Virus record (IMG/VR): IMGVR_UViG_3300030332_001196
Location: 1 to 36,381 of that record
Source of the DNA: a virus
Taxonomy: Duplodnaviria > Caudoviricetes
DNA length: 36,381 bases
Direction: 5' to 3' (one strand)
The position numbers were made by a program, and so were the translations under genes. Below are positions 34,087 to 36,381 of the stretch, piece by piece. The notes under the pieces are model-generated. The model did not search any database. It was not told where the DNA came from and saw nothing but the letters and a program-made list of their open reading frames with translations. Positions within the stretch are counted from its first letter, which is position 1; each line of letters opens with the position of its first letter.

Positions 34087-36381
34087 TTAATATATACCCT
34101 AACCCTTTTAGTGTATACGAAAAAGATACTTTTATATTAAATGTTGGTGATTCATTACTTGATCTGTTGCAACAAAAATACCCCACCGGATTTAATCTAC
34201 CTACCGTAATCAAATTAAATCGAAAAAAACTCCCTGTTGAAAATTATGATATAGTTTTAAATGAAAATGACATTGTGGATATAGGTATACAACCCCTTTT
34301 AGGTGGGGACGAAGATCAGGATTTTATAACTCGATTGTTTCAGACTGCTGAGGAAGCGTTAGGTAGTGCTGTAACTAAAGTCGGTGAATTTATATTCGGT
34401 AAGCCGGTATTAGATACCCCCGAAGATTTAACAAGTTCAACACCCGAGCGTGGTAATGCCTACCGGTTACGGCCTCAAAGTAATTTATCGCGGTTAGGTG
34501 AGCCAATACCCACCCAATACGGTACATTTAAAGTTTACCCGGATTTAGCGGCTAGTCCCTGGGTAGAGAACACCAACAATGAACAATTTTTAAATCAACT
34601 TTTCACTTTGGGGTGGGGTGAGTTTGATATACAACAGATTAAACTGGGCGATATGACACTAGATACCTTTGAGGGCTTACAGTATAGAGTATATGGACCT
34701 AACGAAGCAGTTACTCTTTTTCACGATAATATGTATACAATACCCGCATTTGACAATTTTAATATTATACAAGCACGTTCTTTCTCTAGGTGGAATATAG
34801 GGTATAGCTTTGTTTTTGATAAACCCAATAAAAAAATAACGGGACCTACGGGGTCAGGTTTTAATGAATTTGTTGATGCGGGGGATACAGTATTAATTGC
34901 ACCTGTTTCTACTTATGGTTTTGCAGGGGAATTTGAGGTTAATTCAGTGTCAGATACTGAAATAGTTTTTAACGATGTCGCAACGTGGCCGGGTAGTGAT
35001 ACTGACCCCGGTACAGTTTTTTTATACCCTAAAAAAAGAGTTTCGTATTTGGCATTTGGTAATACAGATTTAGATTTCCCGGTTTCAGTTTCAAGTAGGA
35101 CTATTTTTACTGATACAACAATAGGTTATGTGACTAATCCTATCAATACCGCAGTCAATACATTTTATGTGGATATAGTTTTCCCGCATGGATTATATAT
35201 GGAATCAGGGGGTGTTTATTCTAATTATACAGCTAGTTTTACAATTATAGCTAAACAATTAAATGATGATGGTACGTACGCAGGCACGGTGACATCTGTT
35301 ACAGGTTCGAGTATGTCAAGTGAATCAGGGGATAATATCACCTGGCATCCCACCCAATCACAGGAACGACGGTGGGACCCAAACGCAACCTTTACTATAT
35401 ATGATAACGGGGTAGCTATACCTAGTGGGGATATATCTAGTATAGAGTATGGCGGGGGATTTGGTGGCGCTAAAGTAACTTTTACCGGCACTAAAACGGG
35501 ACCTATCACTTACAATGGATCGTATATTTTAACACGAACATTTCAAAAACCGCTTAGTGTGACAGGGTCAACTACTGATATATTACGAACTACTTTAGTG
35601 TATGACATGTCTAGTTTATATCAATGGGTCGATGGCAGGTTTGAAATATATATATATAGAACAGACGCATACGACTGGGCTAATACTAGTATCCAGTCAA
35701 ATGCAAATATAACCAGCGTTAAATCTAAACTAACAGCAGTAAGTAAATTTGGACCTTATACCATGTTAGCTATACGTTTAAATGCATTGCAGGATTTACA
35801 AGGTGCTACAACAAAAAAAATAAACCTAATCGCTACACGAAAACTTAAAACTTGGACAGGTTCAGCTTGGACAGGATTGACACCTACACGGTCCATAGCC
35901 TGGGCGCTTGCGGATATATGGATGTCAACGTATGGTGCAAGTAGACCCCAAGCCAATATTGATCTTGCGACACTCTCAACATTAGATACACTATGGACAT
36001 CAAGAGGCGACACGTTTGACGGTATTTTTGACTCAAATATTACGGTTTGGGAAGCTTTAACTAAAGTTGCACGTACAGGGCGTTGCCGTCCGGTTTTTGA
36101 TGGCACAACGTTAACATTTGTTAGGGATGGGGTACAAAGTCTATATACAGCTATGTTTACCCCAGATAATATATTACCTGGTAGTTTTAATATCAATTAT
36201 AGTTTTCCAGATGATCAGACACCTAACGGGGTGCAGATTACTTATCTGGACGAGGATAATAATCACAGTCCAGCTATTGTAGAGTCTACACCCGGTTTGA
36301 ATAACCCGCAGAAAATAAATTTTTTTGGTTGCGTAAATTATGCGCAAGCATGGCGAGAATCGCAATATCTAGCTGCACAGA
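34071..36381 (+). CDS. Tail tip / host-specificity protein (TipJ-like); 1023 aa when joined to 1-893; missing from the ORF track
   Basis: Frame read open from ATG 34071 to the window end; RLGEPIPTQYG..KVYPDL, TRSIAWAL, TVWEAL..VARTGR motifs. Confidence 0.9.
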   Translation, partial: MQNPIVNIYPNPFSVYEKDTFILNVGDSLLDLLQQKYPTGFNLPTVIKLNRKKLPVENYDIVLNENDIVDIGIQPLLGGDEDQDFITRLFQTAEEALGSAVTKVGEFIFGKPVLDTPEDLTSSTPERGNAYRLRPQSNLSRLGEPIPTQYGTFKVYPDLAASPWVENTNNEQFLNQLFTLGWGEFDIQQIKLGDMTLDTFEGLQYRVYGPNEAVTLFHDNMYTIPAFDNFNIIQARSFSRWNIGYSFVFDKPNKKITGPTGSGFNEFVDAGDTVLIAPVSTYGFAGEFEVNSVSDTEIVFNDVATWPGSDTDPGTVFLYPKKRVSYLAFGNTDLDFPVSVSSRTIFTDTTIGYVTNPINTAVNTFYVDIVFPHGLYMESGGVYSNYTASFTIIAKQLNDDGTYAGTVTSVTGSSMSSESGDNITWHPTQSQERRWDPNATFTIYDNGVAIPSGDISSIEYGGGFGGAKVTFTGTKTGPITYNGSYILTRTFQKPLSVTGSTTDILRTTLVYDMSSLYQWVDGRFEIYIYRTDAYDWANTSIQSNANITSVKSKLTAVSKFGPYTMLAIRLNALQDLQGATTKKINLIATRKLKTWTGSAWTGLTPTRSIAWALADIWMSTYGASRPQANIDLATLSTLDTLWTSRGDTFDGIFDSNITVWEALTKVARTGRCRPVFDGTTLTFVRDGVQSLYTAMFTPDNILPGSFNINYSFPDDQTPNGVQITYLDEDNNHSPAIVESTPGLNNPQKINFFGCVNYAQAWRESQYLAAQ
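36250..36381. repeat. Terminal direct repeat, right copy
   Basis: 131/132 identity to 1-132. Confidence 0.97.

Noticed and set aside
1514-36365. All minus-strand ORFs in the track
   Set aside because: They lie opposite well-supported + strand genes or in repeat-rich non-coding DNA and show no recognisable motifs; treated as shadows

Overview
The window reads as a complete, circularly permuted tailed dsDNA phage genome with siphovirus-type gene content. Positions 1-132 recur at 36250-36381 with one mismatch, giving a circle of 36,249 bp. All credible genes are on the + strand. Gene order: origin-like non-coding region with two DnaA boxes (894-1320); replication module (AEP-type primase, SNF2 helicase, SSB-like protein, UvrD-like helicase, Leu762-type PolA, PD-(D/E)xK nuclease); a partly decayed accessory region; a second origin-like or packaging non-coding region (15714-16582); a fused endolysin-holin gene; terminase, portal and head genes with an encapsulin/Linocin-M18-like major capsid protein; and a tail module whose tip gene crosses the window junction. 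I found no integrase, intact repressor, tRNA, CRISPR array or reverse transcriptase. The most notable observations are: (1) six copies of a promoter+RBS cassette, each placed on or within 3 bp of an upstream stop codon and mostly driving repeat-rich small genes; (2) a five-copy 42-bp GTTAC/GTAAC element and a duplicated origin-like locus; (3) an in-frame endolysin-holin fusion with an internal start; (4) a ~75-aa domain shared between a second tail-tube paralog and the tail-tip protein. All family assignments come from motif recognition and synteny, not database searches.
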